Shown here: one piece after another, positions 63,805 through 64,000 of the stretch
How the letters are laid out: each line of letters starts with the position of its first letter
Position numbering within the stretch: position 1 is the stretch's first letter
NCBI RefSeq assembly: GCF_964204645.1
Contig: NC_134033.1
Span: 5,542,231-5,606,230 of the forward strand
DNA length: 64,000 nt
Reading direction: 5' to 3'
Origin: Tubulanus polymorphus
Lineage: Eukaryota; Animalia; Nemertea
Translations under genes and position numbers: made by a program
Notes under the pieces: generated by a model
What the model saw: the letters and a program-made list of their open reading frames with translations, nothing else
Databases searched by the model: none
Told to the model about the DNA's origin: nothing

Positions 63805-64000
63805 GTGAGTAAACAAGCGACACCTACCATAAGTATAATCGGCTATCACCGCAGTAGTTGATACCCTATTGCGCACTGTCGACACCTGGTGGATCCTCAC
63901 TTGCCACAAGTGGAATCCTGTATTGCCACAGTAGTTGATGTCCTACTGCAAACTAGCGACACGCGCTGGTGAATTCTAACTTGCTGCAAGTGGAATCCAT

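Overview
Eukaryotic (metazoan, probably marine invertebrate/lophotrochozoan by inference) genomic DNA with GT-AG introns and no CpG depletion. Contents in order: (1) 3' part of a giant + strand gene with a >11.5 kb exon carrying ~34 AHNAK-like 89/91-aa repeats, spliced to four small plectin-repeat-like exons (stop 17201); (2) a complete gustatory-receptor-like gene (-) with three C-terminal phase-0 introns and a TYxxxxxQF motif; (3) three near-identical intronless rhodopsin-class (FMRFamide-receptor-like) GPCRs, interrupted by a nested transposon cluster (solo-LTR-like > Polinton/Maverick-like deletion derivative > Penelope-type hammerhead ribozyme) and a frameshifted EGF-cadherin-mucin-TM relic; (4) an NLR (NACHT-LRR) whose small first coding exon, missed by the ORF track, encodes only a RHIM amyloid motif (INVDNSESVQIGDKCTMII), the most notable feature; (5) the 5' ~2500 codons of a bark-beetle/Anakonda-like beta-helix/SRCR/MAM surface protein with a tandem array of furin-type sites. 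MITEs, SINEs, mini- and microsatellites are scattered through introns and intergenic DNA. Exon structures were deduced by eye from splice signals and phase compatibility; no database searches were run.
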